Counted from the first letter of the stretch, positions 11,535-33,010 are shown. The stretch: 64,000 bases of DNA from the human T2T-CHM13v2.0 reference genome, Homo sapiens (GCF_009914755.1 NC_060948.1); one strand, 5' to 3'. The notes: generated from the letters alone by a model not told the origin. Program-made: numbers and translations.

Positions 11535-13638
11535 AGATCCATATTTTTTAAATGAAAAAAAATTTCAAAGGTACTCTGCTTGGTACAATAATCAAATGTA
11601 TAAACTGAGGAATAAAACATAACCATGAAACCTACTTATAACTGCATATGGAAAATACAGAGGATAATTTTTTAAATAACATATTTTGAAAGCCTTAACT
11701 AGTAATTTGAAGAGTTGGCATTTGAAAGGCCAGTATGAATATACCTTCAAAGCAGCAACACAGGTTCCCCATGAGAAAAAGCAAACACAGGGAAAATAAA
11801 AACACAAAGGTTCAATCTCTTCTGACCTTTGAAAGACACAGCACAGACAGTGGTCCTTAGGACGAAGAGCAGGAGACCCCTAATTCCGTCACCATGGCGA
11901 TAGGGCATAAACATTGCTGGGTGAGGGCACAATCCACATTGTGAGGTCCAACTGCTGCCAGGAAGACAGGAGTGCTTTTACATAGACCGAAAGGTCATTG
12001 AAGGCTCAGAGTTTTGTTTCAAGAACTGAATCCCAAGCCCACTCGTTATTACGCTGCGCTTCTTAAAACAAGTTATGAGATGGGAAAAAGGGCACCCACA
12101 AACATACGTATACATTATGTATATAATAATATACAGTATCATATATATAATATATATAACCTATGTATAATATTGTTTTACATCCTGCATCTTATGTTAT
12201 ATATATTGTATAAAATATAATAATTGATAATATATAAGTTTTATAATTATACAATATGACATATAGTATATATTATAATTTATGACATATATAATATATG
12301 TTATATATCATATATAGAATATATTATACGGTTAATATACGTATTAAATATAAATTATACATTATATATATTATATATAATATATCTGTTATATATAATA
12401 CCCATTATGCATAATATATATATTATGTCTATGTTATATATAGTATAAAACAACATATAATAATATATAATTGTATATATAAAATGCGACATATAATATA
12501 TATTATATTTTATAACATATGAAATATATATTATATATTATATATAATACGTTGTATGTATAATACCTATATTAAATATATATTATATGACTATGTTATT
12601 GATTACATGTCACATGTGTTATATATTATATATTTTACATAGAATATACCGGTTACATACAATATATACCATGTTACCTATAATGTATAATTTATTACAT
12701 GTAAAATAAAGAATGCAATATATTATGTATAATTTATAATATACAATATGTGGAATGTGATATATATAACATATAATATATGATATATGATATACAGTAT
12801 ATGATATATAACATACAATATATGATTCCTAATATATATGGTATACAATATATATTTTATGATATGTATTCTATATGTTTTATATTCTGTTATATATAAC
12901 TATTTGAAATTATATATAACTGTATAATATTTTATGTAAATATGTAATATAATATATATAACTATATAATATATTATATATAACTATATATTATGTTATA
13001 TATACTTTTATAACATAATTTACATAAAATATCATAATATAATATATATTATATTATTTCATATTACATAAAATATATTACATATCACCCAATATAACTA
13101 ACATACATAATATTATAATATAGATTATATTATGTTATAATAAATATCATATATATCATATATCATATATTCTATAATATATATTACACATTATATAATA
13201 TGTATGTTGTCTATTATGTGATATATATAACTATATATATAATTATATTTTTATACATATAACTAGATAAACATGTAATTCTACATATTTTCATTTATAA
13301 TATGTAGAATTATATAATCATATATAATTATTTATATTCTAAAAAAATTTTATCATTATATAAATTATAATATATAAAAATTATAATATGTACTACAAAT
13401 ATATATATTATATATCATATATGCTATAGTACCTTTGTTATATATCATAATACATATAAATGTGTATTATGTTATCTATAATTATATAATTTCATATATA
13501 AGTTGTATAATATGTATCATATATTATATATGTTATGTAATATATATAGTATATATAAGATGACACAGGATAAATATTATATACTATGACATATAAAATA
13601 TTTGAGGTTATATGTTACATATAAGGCATAGCACATAA

Positions 13639-13953
<315 letters not shown>

Positions 13954-16055
13954 AGATCCATATTTTTTAAATGAAAAAAAATTTCAAAGGTACTCTGCTT
14001 GGTACAATAATCAAATGTATAAACTGAGGAATAAAACATAACCATGAAACCTACTTATAACTGCATATGGAAAATACAGAGGATAATTTTTTAAATAACA
14101 TATTTTGAAAGCCTTAACTAGTAATTTGAAGAGTTGGCATTAGAAAGGCCAGTATGAATATACCTTCAAAGCAGCAACACAGGTTCCCCATGAGAAAAAG
14201 CAAACACAGGGAAAATAAAAACACAAAGGTTCAATCTCTTCTGACCTTTGAAAGACACAGCACAGACAGTGGTCCTTAGGACGAAGAGCAGGAGACCCCA
14301 CTTCCGTCACCATGGCGATAGGGCATAAACATTGCTGGGTGAGGGCACAATCCACATTGTGAGGTCCAACTGCTGCCAGGAAGACAGGAGTGCTTTTACA
14401 TAGACCGAAAGGTCATTGAAGGCTCAGAGTTTTGTTTCAAGAACTGAATCCCAAGCCCACACGTTATTAGGCTGCGCTTCTTAAAACAAGTTATGAGATG
14501 GGAAAAAGGGCACCCACAAACATACGTATACATTATGTATATAATAATATACAGTATCATATATATAATATATATAACCTATGTATAATATTGTTTTACA
14601 TCCTGCATCTTATGTTATATATATTGTATAAAATATAATAATTGATAATATATAAGTTTATATTTATACAATATGACATATAGTATATATTATAATTTAT
14701 GACATATATAATATATGTTATATGTCATATATAGAATATATTATACGGTTAATATACGTATTAAATATAAATTATACATTATATATATTATATATAATAT
14801 ATCTGTTATATATAATACCCATTATGCATAATATATATATTATGTCTATGTTATATATAGTATAAAACAACATATAATAATATATAATTGTATATATAAA
14901 ATGCGACATATAATATATATTATATTTTATAACATATGTAATATATATTATATATTATATATAATACGTTGTATGTATAATACCTATATTAAATATATAT
15001 TATATGACTATGTTATTAATTACATGTCACATGTGTTATATATTATATATTTTACATAGAATATACCGGTTACATACAATATATACTATGTTACCTATAA
15101 TGTATAATTTATTACATGTAAAATAAAGAATGCAATATATTATGTAAAATTTATAATATACCATATGTGGAATGTGATATATATAACATATAATATATGA
15201 TATATGATGTACAGTATATGATATATAACATACAATATATGATTCCTAATATATATGGTATACAATATATATTTTATGATATGTATTCTATATGTTTTAT
15301 ATTCTGTTATATATAACTATTTGAAATTATATATAACTGTATAATATTTTATGTAAATATGTAATATAATATATATAACTATATAATATATTATATATAA
15401 CTATATATTATGTTATATATACTTTTATAACATAATTTACATAAAATATCATAATTTAATATATATTATATTATTTCATATTACATAAAATATATTACAT
15501 AACACCCAATATAACTAACATACATAATATTATAATATAGATTATATTATGTTATAATAAATATCATATATATCATATATCATATATTCTATAATATATA
15601 TTACACATTATATAATATGTATGTTGTCTATTATGTGATATATATAACTATATATATAATTATATTTTTATACATATAACTAGATAAACATGTAATTCTA
15701 CATATTTTCATTTATAATATGTAGAATTATATAATCATATATAATTATTTATATTCTAAAAAAATTTTATCATTATATAAATTATAATATATAAAAATTA
15801 TAATATGTACTACAAATATATATATTATATATCATATATGCTATAGTACCTTTGTTATATATCATAATACATATAAATGTGTATTATGTTATCTATAATT
15901 ATATAATTTCATATATAAGTTGTATAATATGTATCATATATTATATATGTTATGTAATATATATAGTATATATAAGATGACACAGGATAAATATTATATA
16001 CTATGACATATAAAATATTTGAGGTTATATGTTACATATAAGGCATAGCACATAA

Positions 16056-16370
<315 letters not shown>

Positions 16371-18470
16371 AGATCCATATTTTTTAAATGAAAAAAAATT
16401 TCAAAGGTACTCTGCTTGGTACAATAATCAAATGTATAAACTGAGGAATAAAACATAACCATGAAACCTACTTATAACTGCATATGGAAAATACAGAGGA
16501 TAATTTTTTAAATAACATATTTTGAAAGCCTTAACTAGTAATTTGAAGAGTTGGCATTTGAAAGGCCAGTATGAATATACCTTCAAAGCAGCAACACAGG
16601 TTCCCCATGAGAAAAAGCAAACACAGGGAAAATAAAAACACAAAGGTTCAATCTCTTCTGACCTTTGAAAGACACAGCACAGACAGTGGTCCTTAGGACG
16701 AAGAGCAGGAGACCCCACTTCCGTCACCATGGCGATAGGGCATAAACATTGCTGGGTGAGGGCACAATCCACATTGTGAGGTCCAACTGCTGCCAGGAAG
16801 ACAGGAGTGCTTTTACATAGACCGAAAGGTCATTGAAGGCTCAGAGTTTTGTTTCAAGAACTGAATCCCAAGCCCACACGTTATTAGGCTGCGCTTCTTA
16901 AAACAAGTTATGAGATGGGAAAAAGGGCACCCACAAACATACGTATACATTATGTATATAATAATATACAGTATCATATATATAATATATATAACCTATG
17001 TATAATATTGTTTTACATCCTGCATCTTATGTTATATATATTGTATAAAATATAATAATTGATAATATATAAGTTTATATTTATACAATATGACATATAG
17101 TATATATTATAATTTATGACATATATAATATATGTTATATGTCATATATAGAATATATTATACGGTTAATATACGTATTAAATATAAATTATACATTATA
17201 TATATTATATATAATATATCTGTTATATATAATACCCATTATGCATAATATATATATTATGTCTATGTTATATATAGTATAAAACAACATATAATAATAT
17301 ATAATTGTATATATAAAATGCGACATATAATATATATTATATTTTATAACATATGTAATATATATTATATATTATATATAATACGTTGTATGTATAATAC
17401 CTATATTAAATATATATTATATGACTATGTTATTAATTACATGTCACATGTGTTATATATTATATATTTTACATAGAATATACCGGTTACATACAATATA
17501 TACTATGTTACCTATAATGTATAATTTATTACATGTAAAATAAAGAATGCAATATATTATGTAAAATTTATAATATACCATATGTGGAATGTGATATATA
17601 TAACATATAATATATGATATATGATGTCAAGTATATGATATATAACATACAATATATGATTCCTAATATATATGGTATACAATATATATTTTATGATATG
17701 TATTCTATATGTTTTATATTCTGTTATATATAACTATTTGAAATTATATATAACTGTATAATATTTTATGTAAATATGTAATATAATATATATAACTATA
17801 TAATATATTATATATAACTATATATTATGTTATATATACTTTTATAACATAATTTACATAAAATATCATAATATAATATATATTATATTATTTCATATTA
17901 CATAAAATATATTACATATCACCCAATATAACTAACATACATAATATTATAATATAGATTATATTATGTTATAATAAATATCATATATATCATATATCAT
18001 ATATTCTATAATATATATTACACATTATATAATATGTATGTTGTCTATTATGTGATATATATAACTATATATAATTATATTTTTATACATATAACTAGAT
18101 AAACATGTAATTCTACATATTTTCATTTATAATATGTAGAATTATATAATCATATATAATTATTTATATTCTAAAAAAATTTTATCATTATATAAATTAT
18201 AATATATAAAAATTATAATATGTACTACAAATATATATATTATATATCATATATGCTATAGTACCTTTGTTATATATCATAATACATATAAATGTGTATT
18301 ATGTTATCTATAATTATATAATTTCATATATAAGTTGTATAATATGTATCATATATTTTATATGTTATGTAATATATATAGTATATATAAGATGACACAG
18401 GATAAATATTATATACTATGACATATAAAATATTTGAGGTTATATGTTACATATAAGGCATAGCACATAA

Positions 18471-18785
<315 letters not shown>

Positions 18786-20911
18786 AGATCCATATTTTTT
18801 AAATGAAAAAAAATTTCAAAGGTACTCTGCTTGGTACAATAATCAAATGTATAAACTGAGGAATAAAACATAACCATGAAACCTACTTATAACTGCATAT
18901 GGAAAATACAGAGGATAATTTTTTAAATAACATATTTTGAAAGCCTTAACTAGTAATTTGAAGAGTTGGCATTTGAAAGGCCAGTATGAATATACCTTCA
19001 AAGCAGCAACACAGGTTCCCCATGAGAAAAAGCAAACACAGGGAAAATAAAAACACAAAGGTTCAATCTCTTCTGACCTTTGAAAGACACAGCACAGACA
19101 GTGGTCCTTAGGACGAAGAGCAGGAGTCCCCACTTCCGTCACCATGGCGATAGGGCATAAACATTGCTGGGTGAGGGCACAATCCACATTGTGAGGTCCA
19201 ACTGCTGCCAGGAAGACAGGAGTGCTTTTACATAGACCGAAAGGTCATTGAAGGCTCAGAGTTTTGTTTCAAGAACTGAATCCCAAGCCCACACGTTATT
19301 AGGCTGCGCTTCTTAAAACAAGTTATGAGATGGGAAAAAGGGCACCCACAAACATACGTATACATTATGTATATAATAATATACAGTATCATATATATAA
19401 TATATATAACCTATGTATAATATTGTTTTACATCCTGCATCTTATGTTATATATATTGTATAAAATATAATAATTGATAATATATAAGTTTATATTTATA
19501 CAATATGACATATAGTATATATTATAATTTATGACATATATAATATATGTTATATGTCATATATAGAATATATTATACGGTTAATATACGTATTAAATAT
19601 AAATTATACATTATATATATTATATATAATATATCTGTTATATATAATACCCATTATGCATAATATATATATTATGTCTATGTTATATATAGTATAAAAC
19701 AACATATAATAATATATAATTGTATATATAAAATGCGACATATAATATATATTATATTTTATAACATATGTAATATATATTATATATTATATATAATACA
19801 TTGTATGTATAATACCTATATTAAATATATATTATATGACTATGTTATTGATTACATGTCACATGTGTTATATATTATATATTTTACATAGAATATACCG
19901 GTTACATACAATATATACTATGTTACCTATAATGTATAATTTATTACATGTAAAATAAAGAATGCAATATATTATGTATAATTTATAATATACCATATGT
20001 GGAATGTGATATATATAACATATAATATATGATATATGATATACAGTATATGATATATAACATACAATATATGATTCCTAATATATATGGTATACAATAT
20101 ATATTTTATGATATGTATTCTATATGTTTTATATTCTGTTATATATAACTATTTGAAATTATATATAACTGTATAATATTTTATGTAAATATGTAATATA
20201 ATATATATAACTATATAATATATTATATATAACTATATATTATGTTATATATACTTTTATAACATAATTTACATAAAATATCATAATATAATATATATTA
20301 TATTATTTCATATTACATAATATATATTACATATCACCCAATATAACTAACATACATAATATTATAATATAGATTATATTGTGTTATATTAAATATCATA
20401 TATATCATGTATCATATATTCTATAATATATATTACACATTATATAATATGTATGTTGTCTATTATGTGATATATATAACTATATATATAATTATATTTT
20501 TATACATATAACTAGATAAACATGTAATTCTACATATTTTCATTTATAATATGTAGAATTATATAATCATATATAATTATTTATATTCTATAAAAAATTT
20601 TATCATTATATAAATTATAATATATAAAAATTATAATATGTACTACAAATATATATATTATATATCATATATGATATAGTACCTTTGTTATATTTCATAA
20701 TACATATAAATGTGTATTATGTTATCTATAATTATATAATTTCATATATAAGATATATAATATGTATCATATATTATATATGTTATGTAATATATATAGT
20801 ATATATAAGATGACACAGGATAAATATTATATACTATGACATATAAAATATATGAGGTTATATGTTACATATAAGGCATAGCACATAACATTTAATATAT
20901 ATCATATATAA

Positions 20912-21203
<292 letters not shown>

Positions 21204-23307
21204 AGATCCATATTTTTTAAATGAAAAAAAATTTCAAAGGTACTCTGCTTGGTACAATAATCAAATGTATAAACTGAGGAATAAAACATAACTATGAAAC
21301 CTACTTATAACTGCATATGGAAAATACAGAGGATAATTTTTTAAATAACATATTTTGAAAGCCTTAACTAGTAATTTGAAGAGTTGGCATTTGAAAGGCC
21401 AGTATGAATATACCTTCAAAGCAGCAACACAGGTTCCCCATGAGAAAAAGCAAACACAGGGAAAATAAAAACACAAAGGTTCAATCTCTTCTGACCTTTG
21501 AAAGACACAGCACAGACAGTGGTCCTTAGGACGAAGAGCAGGAGACCCCTAATTCCGTCACCATGGCGATAGGGCATAAACATTGCTGGGTGAGGGCACA
21601 ATCCACATTGTGAGGTCCAACTGCTGCCAGGAAGACAGGAGTGCTTTTACATAGACCGAAAGGTCATTGAAGGCTCAGAGTTTTGTTTCAAGAACTGAAT
21701 CCCAAGCCCACACGTTATTAGGCTGCGCTTCTTAAAACAAGTTATGAGATGGGAAAAAGGGCACCCACAAACATACGTATACATTATGTATATAATAATA
21801 TACAGTATCATATATATAATATATATAACCTATGTATAATATTGTTTTACATCCTGCATCTTATGTTATATATATTGTATAAAATATAATAATTGATAAT
21901 ATATAAGTTTTATAATTATACAATATGACATATAGTATATATTATAATTTATGACATATATAATATATGTTATATATCACATATAGAATATATTATACGG
22001 TTAATATACGTATTAAATATAAATTATACATTATATATATTATATATAATATATCTGTTATATATAATACCCATTATGCAAAATATATATATTATGTCTA
22101 TGTTATATATAGTATAAAACAACATATAATAATATATAATTGTATATATAAAATGTGACATATAATATATATTATATTTTATAACATATGTAATATATAT
22201 TATATATTATATATAATACGTTGTATGTATAATACCTATATTAAATATATATTATATGACTATGTTATTAATTACATGTCACATGTGTTATATATTATAT
22301 ATTTTACATAGAATATACCGGTTACATACAATATATACTATGTTACCTATAATGTATAATTTATTACATGTAAAATAAAGAATGCAATATATTATGTAAA
22401 ATTTATAATATACCATATGTGGAATGTGATATATATAACGTATAATATATGATATATGATGTACAGTATATGATATATAACATACAATATATGATTCCTA
22501 ATATATATGGTATACAATATATATTTTATGATATGTATTCTATATGTTTTATATTCTGTTATATATAACTATTTAAAATTATATATAACTGTATAATATT
22601 TTATGTAAATATGTAATATAATATATATAAGTATATAATATATTATATATAACTATATATTATGTTATATATACTTTTATAACATAATTTACATAAAATA
22701 TCATAATATAATATATATTATGTTATTTCATATTACATAAAATATATTACATATCACCCAATATAACTAACATACATAATATTATAATATAGATTATATT
22801 ATGTTATAATAAATATCATATATATCATATATCATATATTCTATAATATATATTACACATTATATAATATGTATGTTGTCTATTATGTGATATATATAAC
22901 TATATATATAATTATATTTGTATACATATAACTAGATAAACATGTAATTCTACATATTTTCATTTATAATATGTAGAATTATATAATCATATATAATTAT
23001 TTATATTCTAAAAAAATTTTATCATTATATAAATTATTATATATAAAAACTATAATGTGTACTACAAATATATATATTATATATCATATATGCTATAGTA
23101 CCTTTGTTATATATCATAATACATATAAATGTGTATTATGTTATCTATAATTATATAATTTCATATATAAGTTGTATAATATGTATCATATATTATATAT
23201 GTTATGTAATATATATAGTATATATAAGATGACACAGGATAAATATTATATACTATGACATATAAAATATATGAGGTTATATGTTACATATAAGGCATAG
23301 CACATAA

Positions 23308-23622
<315 letters not shown>

Positions 23623-25727
23623 AGATCCATATTTTTTAAATGAAAAAAAATTTCAAAGGTACTCTGCTTGGTACAATAATCAAATGTATAAACTGAGGAA
23701 TAAAACATAACCATGAAACCTACTTATAACTGCATATGGAAAATACAGAGGATAATTTTTTAAATAACATATTTTGAAAGCCTTAACTAGTAATTTGAAG
23801 AGCTGGCATTTGAAAGGCCAGTATGAATATACCTTCAAAGCAGCAACACAGGTTCCCCATGAGAAAAAGCAAACACAGGGAAAATAAAAACACAAAGGTT
23901 CAATCTCTTCTGACCTTTGAAAGACACAGCACAGACAGTGGTCCTTAGGACGAAGAGCAGGAGACCCCTAATTCCGTCACCATGGCGATAGGGCATAAAC
24001 ATTGCTGGGTGAGGGCACAATCCACATTGTGAGGTCCAACTGCTGCCAGGAAGACAGGAGTGCTTTTACATAGACCGAAAGGTCATTGAAGGCTCAGAGT
24101 TTTGTTTCAAGAACTGAATCCCAAGCCCACACGTTATTAGGCTGCGCTTCTTAAAACAAGTTATGAGATGGGAAAAAGGGCACCCACAAACATACGTATA
24201 CATTATGTATATAATAATATACAGTATCATATATATAATATATATAAGCTATGTATAATATTGTTTTACATCCTGCATCTTATGTTATATATATTGTATA
24301 AAATATAATAATTGATAATATATAAGTTTTATAAGTATACAATATGACATATAGTATATATTATAATTTATGACATATATAATATATGTTATATGTCATA
24401 TATAGAGTATATTATACGGTTAATATACGTATTAAATATAAATTATACATTATATATATTATATATAATATATCTGTTATATATAATACCCATTATGCAT
24501 AATATATATATTATGTCTATGTTATATATAGTATAAAACAACATATAATAATATATAATTGTATATATAAAATGCGACATATAATATATATTATATTTTA
24601 TTACATATGTAATATATATTATATATTATATATAATACGTTGTATGTATAATACCTATATTAAATATATATTATATGACTATGTTATTAATTACATGTCA
24701 CATGTGTTATATATTATATATTTTACATAGAATATACCGGTTACATACAATATATACTATGTTACCTATAATGTATAATTTATTACATGTAAAATAAAGA
24801 ATGCAATATATTATGTAAAATTTATAATATACCATATGTGGAATGTGATATATATAACGTATAATATATGATATATCATGTACAGTATATGATATATAAC
24901 ATACAATATATGATTCCTAATATATATGGTATACAATATATATTTTATGTTATGTATTCTATATGTTTTATATTCTGTTATATATAACTATTTGAAATTA
25001 TATATAACTGTATAATATTTTATGTAAATATGTAATATAATATATATAACTATATAATATATTATATATAACTATATATTATGTTATATATACTTTTATA
25101 ACATAATTTACATAAAATATCATAATATAATATATATTATATTATTTCATATTACATAATATATATTACATATCACCCAATATAACTAACATACATAATA
25201 TTATAATATAGATTATATTATGTTATATTAAATGTCATATATATCATGTATCATATATTCTATAATATATATTACACCTTATATAATATGTATGTTGTCT
25301 ATTATGTGATATATATAACTATATATATAATTATACTTTTATACATATAACTAGATAAACATGTAATTCTACATATTTCCATTTATAATATGTAGAATTA
25401 TATAATCATATATAATTATTTATATTCTATAAAAAATTTTATCATTATATAAATTATAATATATAAAAATTATAATATGTACTACAAATATATATATTAT
25501 ATATCATATATGATATAGTACCTTTGTTATATATCATAATACATATAAATGTGTATTATGTTATCTATAATTATATAATTTCATAGATAAGATGTATAAT
25601 ATGTATCATATATTATATATGTTATGTAATATATATAGTATATATAAGATGACACAGGATAAATATTATATACTATGACATATAAAATATATGAGGTTAT
25701 ATGTTACATATAAGGCATAGCACATAA

Positions 25728-26042
<315 letters not shown>

Positions 26043-28147
26043 AGATCCATATTTTTTAAATGAAAAAAAATTTCAAAGGTACTCTGCTTGGTACAATAAT
26101 CAAATGTATAAACTGAGGAATAAAACATAACCATGAAACCTACTTATAACTGCATATGGAAAATACAGAGGATAATTTTTTAAATAACATATTTTGAAAG
26201 CCTTAACTAGTAATTTGAAGAGCTGGCATTTGAAAGGCCAGTATGAATATACCTTCAAAGCAGCAACACAGGTTCCCCATGAGAAAAAGCAAACACAGGG
26301 AAAATAAAAACACAAAGGTTCAATCTCTTCTGACCTTTGAAAGACACAGCACAGACAGTGGTCCTTAGGACGAAGAGCAGGAGACCCCTAATTCCGTCAC
26401 CATGGCGATAGGGCATAAACATTGCTGGGTGAGGGCACAATCCACATTGTGAGGTCCAACTGCTGCCAGGAAGACAGGAGTGCTTTTACATAGACCGAAA
26501 GGTCATTGAAGGCTCAGAGTTTTGTTTCAAGAACTGAATCCCAAGCCCACACGTTATTAGGCTGCGCTTCTTAAAACAAGTTATGAGATGGGAAAAAGGG
26601 CACCCACAAACATACGTATACATTATGTATATAATAATATACAGTATCATATATATAATATATATAACCTATGTATAATATTGTTTTACATCCCGCATCT
26701 TATGTTATATATATTGTATAAAATATAATAATTGTTAATATATAAGTTTTATAATTATACAATATGACATATAGTATATATTATAATTTATGACATATAT
26801 AATATAAGTTATATGTCATATATAGAATATATTATACGGTTAATATACGTATTAAATATAAATTATACATTATATATATTATATATAATATATCTGTTAT
26901 ATATAATACCCATTATGCATAATATATATATTATGTCTATGTTATATATAGTATAAAACAACATATAATAATATATAATTGTATATATAAAATGCGACAT
27001 TTAATATATATTATATTTTATAACATATGTAATATATATTATATATTATATATAATACGTTGTATGTATAATACCTATATTAAATATATATTATATGACT
27101 ATGTTATTAATTACATGTCACATGTGTTATATATTATATATTTTACATAGAATATACCGGTTACATACAATATATACTATGTTACCTATAATGTATAATT
27201 TATTACATGTAAAATAAAGAATGCAATATATTATGTATAATTTATAATATACAATATGTGGAATGTGATATATATAACATATAATATATGATATATGATA
27301 TACAGTATATGATATATAACATACAATATATGATTCCTAATATATATGGTATACAATATATATTTTATGATATGTATTCTATATGTTTTATATTCTGTTA
27401 TATATAACTATTGGAATTTATATATAACTGTATAATATTTTATGTAAATATGTAATATAATATATATAACTATATAATATATTATATATAACTATATATT
27501 ATGTTATATATACTTTTATAACATAATTTACATAAAATATCATAATATAATATATATTATATTATTTCATATTACATAATATATATTACATATCACCCAA
27601 TATAACTAACATACATAATATTATAATGTAGATTATATTGTGTTATATTAAATATCATATATATCATGTATCATATATTCTATAATATATATTACACATT
27701 ATATAATATGTATGTTGTCTATTATGTGATATATATAACTATATATATAATTATATTTTTATACATATAACTAGATAAACATGTAATTCTACATATTTTC
27801 ATTTATAATATGTATAATTATATAATCATATATAATTATTTATATTCTATAAAAAATTTTATCATTATATAAATTATAATATATAAAAATTATAATATGT
27901 ACTACAAATATATATATTATATATCATATATGATATAGTACCATTGTTATATTTCATAATACATATAAATGTGTATTATGTTATCTATAATTATATAATT
28001 TCATATATAAGATGTATAATATGTATCATAAATTATATATGTTATGTAATATATATAGTATATATAAGATGACACAGGATAAATATTATATACTATGACA
28101 TATAAAATATATGAGGTTATATGTTACATATAAGGCATAGCACATAA

Positions 28148-28462
<315 letters not shown>

Positions 28463-30567
28463 AGATCCATATTTTTTAAATGAAAAAAAATTTCAAAGGT
28501 ACTCTGCTTGGTACAATAATCAAATGTATAAACTGAGGAATAAAACATAACCATGAAACCTACTTATAACTGCATATGGAAAATACAGAGGATAATTTTT
28601 TAAATAACATATTTTGAAAGCCTTAACTAGTAATTTGAAGAGCTGGCATTTGAAAGGCCAGTATGAATATACCTTCAAAGCAGCAACACAGGTTCCCCAT
28701 GAGAAAAAGCAAACACAGGGAAAATAAAAACACAAAGGTTCAATCTCTTCTGACCTTTGAAAGACACAGCACAGACAGTGGTCCTTAGGACGAAGAGCAG
28801 GAGACCCCTAATTCCGTCACCATGGCGATAGGGCATAAACATTGCTGGGTGAGGGCACAATCCACATTGTGAGGTCTAACTGCTGCCAGGAAGACAGGAG
28901 TGCTTTTACATAGACCGAAAGGTCATTGAAGGCTCAGAGTTTTGTTTCAAGAACTGAATCCCAAGCCCACACGTTATTAGGCTGCGCTTCTTAAAACAAG
29001 TTATGAGATGGGAAAAAGGGCACCCACAAACATACGTATACATTATGTATATAATAATATACAGTATCATATATATAATATATATAACCTATGTATAATA
29101 TTGTTTTACATCCTGCATCTTATGTTATATATATTGTATAAAATATAATAATTGATAATATATAAGTTTTATAAGTATACAATATGACATATAGTATATA
29201 TTATAATTTATGACATATATAATATATGTTATATGTCATATATAGAGTATATTATACGGTTAATATACGTATTAAATATAAATTATACATTATATATATT
29301 ATATATAATATATCTGTTATATATAATACCCATTATGCATAATATATATATTATATCTATGTTATATATAGTATAAAACAACATATAATAATATATAATT
29401 GTATATATAAAATGAGACATATAATATATATTATATTTTATTACATATGTAATATATATTATATATTATATATAATACGTTGTATGTATAATACCTATAT
29501 TAAATATATATTATATGACTATGTTATTAATTACATGTCACATGTGTTATATATTATATATTTTACATAGAATATACCGGTTACATACAATATATACTAT
29601 GTTACCTATAATGTATAATTTATTACATGTAAAATAAAGAATGCAATATATTATGTAAAATTTATAATATACCATATGTGGAATGTGATATACATAACAT
29701 ATAATATATGATATATGATGTACAGTATATGATATATAACATACAATATATGATTCCTAATATATATGGTATACAATATATATTTTATGTTATGTATTCT
29801 ATATGTTTTATATTCTGTTATATATAACTATTTGAAATTATATATAACTGTATAATATTTTATGTAAATATGTAATATAATATATATAACTATATAATAT
29901 ATTATATATAACTATATATTATGTTATATATACTTTTATAACATAATTTACATAAAATATCATAATATAATATATATTATATTATTTCATATTACATAAT
30001 ATATATTACATATCACCCAATATAACTAACATATATAATATTATAATATAGATTATATTATGTTATATTAAATATCATATATATCATGTATCATATATTC
30101 TATAATATATATTACACCTTATATAATATGTATGTTGTCTATTATGTGATATATATAACTATATATATAATTATATTTTTATACATATAACTAGATAAAC
30201 ATGTAATTCTACATATTTCCATTTATAATATGTAGAATTATATAATCATATATAATTATTTATATTCTATAAAAAATTTTATCATTATATAAATTATAAT
30301 ATATAAAAATTATAATATGTACTACAAATATATATATTATATATCATATATGATATAGTACCTTTGTTATATATCATAATACATATAAATGTGTATTATG
30401 TTATCTATAATTATATAATTTCATAGATAAGATGTATAATATGTATCATATATTATATATGTTATGTAATATATATAGTATATATAAGATGACACAGGAT
30501 AAATATTATATACTATGACATATAAAATATATGAGGTTATATGTTACATATAAGGCATAGCACATAA

Positions 30568-30882
<315 letters not shown>

Positions 30883-33010
30883 AGATCCATATTTTTTAAA
30901 TGAAAAAAAATTTCAAAGGTACTCTGCTTGGTACAATAATCAAATGTATAAACTGAGGAATAAAACATAACCATGAAACCTACTTATAACTGCATATGGA
31001 AAATACAGAGGATAATTTTTTAAATAACATATTTTGAAAGCCTTAACTAGTAATTTGAAGAGCTGGCATTTGAAAGGCCAGTATGAATATACCTTCAAAG
31101 CAGCAACACAGGTTCCCCATGAGAAAAAGCAAACACAGGGAAAATAAAAACACAAAGGTTCAATCTCTTCTGACCTTTGAAAGACACAGCACAGACAGTG
31201 GTCCTTAGGACGAAGAGCAGGAGACCCCTAATTCCGTCACCATGGCGATAGGGCATAAACATTGCTGGGTGAGGGCACAATCCACATTGTGAGGTCCAAC
31301 TGCTGCCAGGAAGACAGGAGTGCTTTTACATAGACCGAAAGGTCATTGAAGGCTCAGAGTTTTGTTTCAAGAACTGAATCCCAAGCCCACACGTTATTAG
31401 GCTGCGCTTCTTAAAACAAGTTATGAGATGGGAAAAAGGGCACCCACAAACATACGTATACATTATGTATATAATAATATACAGTATCATATATATAATA
31501 TATATAACCTATGTATAATATTGTTTTACATCCTGCATCTTATGTTATATATATTGTATAAAATATAATAATTGATAATATATAAGTTTTATAATTATAC
31601 AACATGACATATAGTATATATTATAATTTATGACATATATAATATATGTTATATGTCATATATAGAATATATTATACGGTTAATATACGTATTAAATATA
31701 AATTATACATTATATATATTATATATAATATATCTGTTATATATAATACCCATTATGCATAATATATATATTATGTCTATGTTATATATAGTATAAAACA
31801 ACATATAATAATATATAATTGTATATATAAAATGCGACATATAATATATATTATATTTTATAACATATGTAATATATATTATATATTATATATAATACGT
31901 TGTATGTATAATACCTATATTAAATATATATTATATGACTATGTTATTGATTACATGTCACATGTGTTATATATTATATATTTTACATAGAATATACCGG
32001 TTACATACAATATATACTATGTTACCTATAATGTATAATTTATTACATGTAAAATAAAGAATGCAATATATTATGTATAATTTATAATATACCATATGTG
32101 GAATGTGATATATATAACATATAATATATGATATATGATATACAGTATATGATATATAACATACAATATATGATTCCTAATATATATGGTATACAATATA
32201 TATTTTATGATATGTATTCTATATGTTTTATATTCTGTTATATATAACTATTTGAAATTATATATAACTGTATAATATTTTATGTAAATATGTAATATAA
32301 TATATATAACTATATAATATATTATATATAACTATATATTATGTTATATATACTTTTATAACATAATTTACATAAAATATCATAATATAATATATATTAT
32401 ATTATTTCATATTACATAATATATATTACATATCACCCAATATAACTAACATACATAATATTATAATATAGATTATATTGTGTTATATTAAATATCATAT
32501 ATATCATGTATCATATATTCTATAATATATATTACACATTATATAATATGTATGTTGTCTATTATGTGATATATATAACTATATATATAATTATATTTTT
32601 ATACATATAACTAGATAAACATGTAATTCTACATATTTTCATTTATAATATGTAGAATTATATAATCATATATAATTATTTATATTCTATAAAAAATTTT
32701 ATCATTATATAAATTATAATATATAAAAATTATAATATGTACTACAAATATATATATTATATATCATATATGATATAGTACCTTTGTTATATTTCATAAT
32801 ACATATAAATGTGTATTATGTTATCTATAATTATATAATTTCATATATAAGATGTATAATATGTATCATATATTATATATGTTATGTAATATATATAGTA
32901 TATATAAGATGACACAGGATAAATATTATATACTATGACATATAAAATATATGAGGTTATATGTTACATATAAGGCATAGCACATAACATTTAATATATA
33001 TCATATATAA

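Noticed and set aside
21967-22158. Tyr/Ile-rich ORFs (also 12014, 34066, 45929, 60870 etc.) and the Alu-derived ORF at 59656
   Set aside because: Translations of TA-rich or Alu sequence opened by single stop-loss variants. Useful only as haplotype markers.
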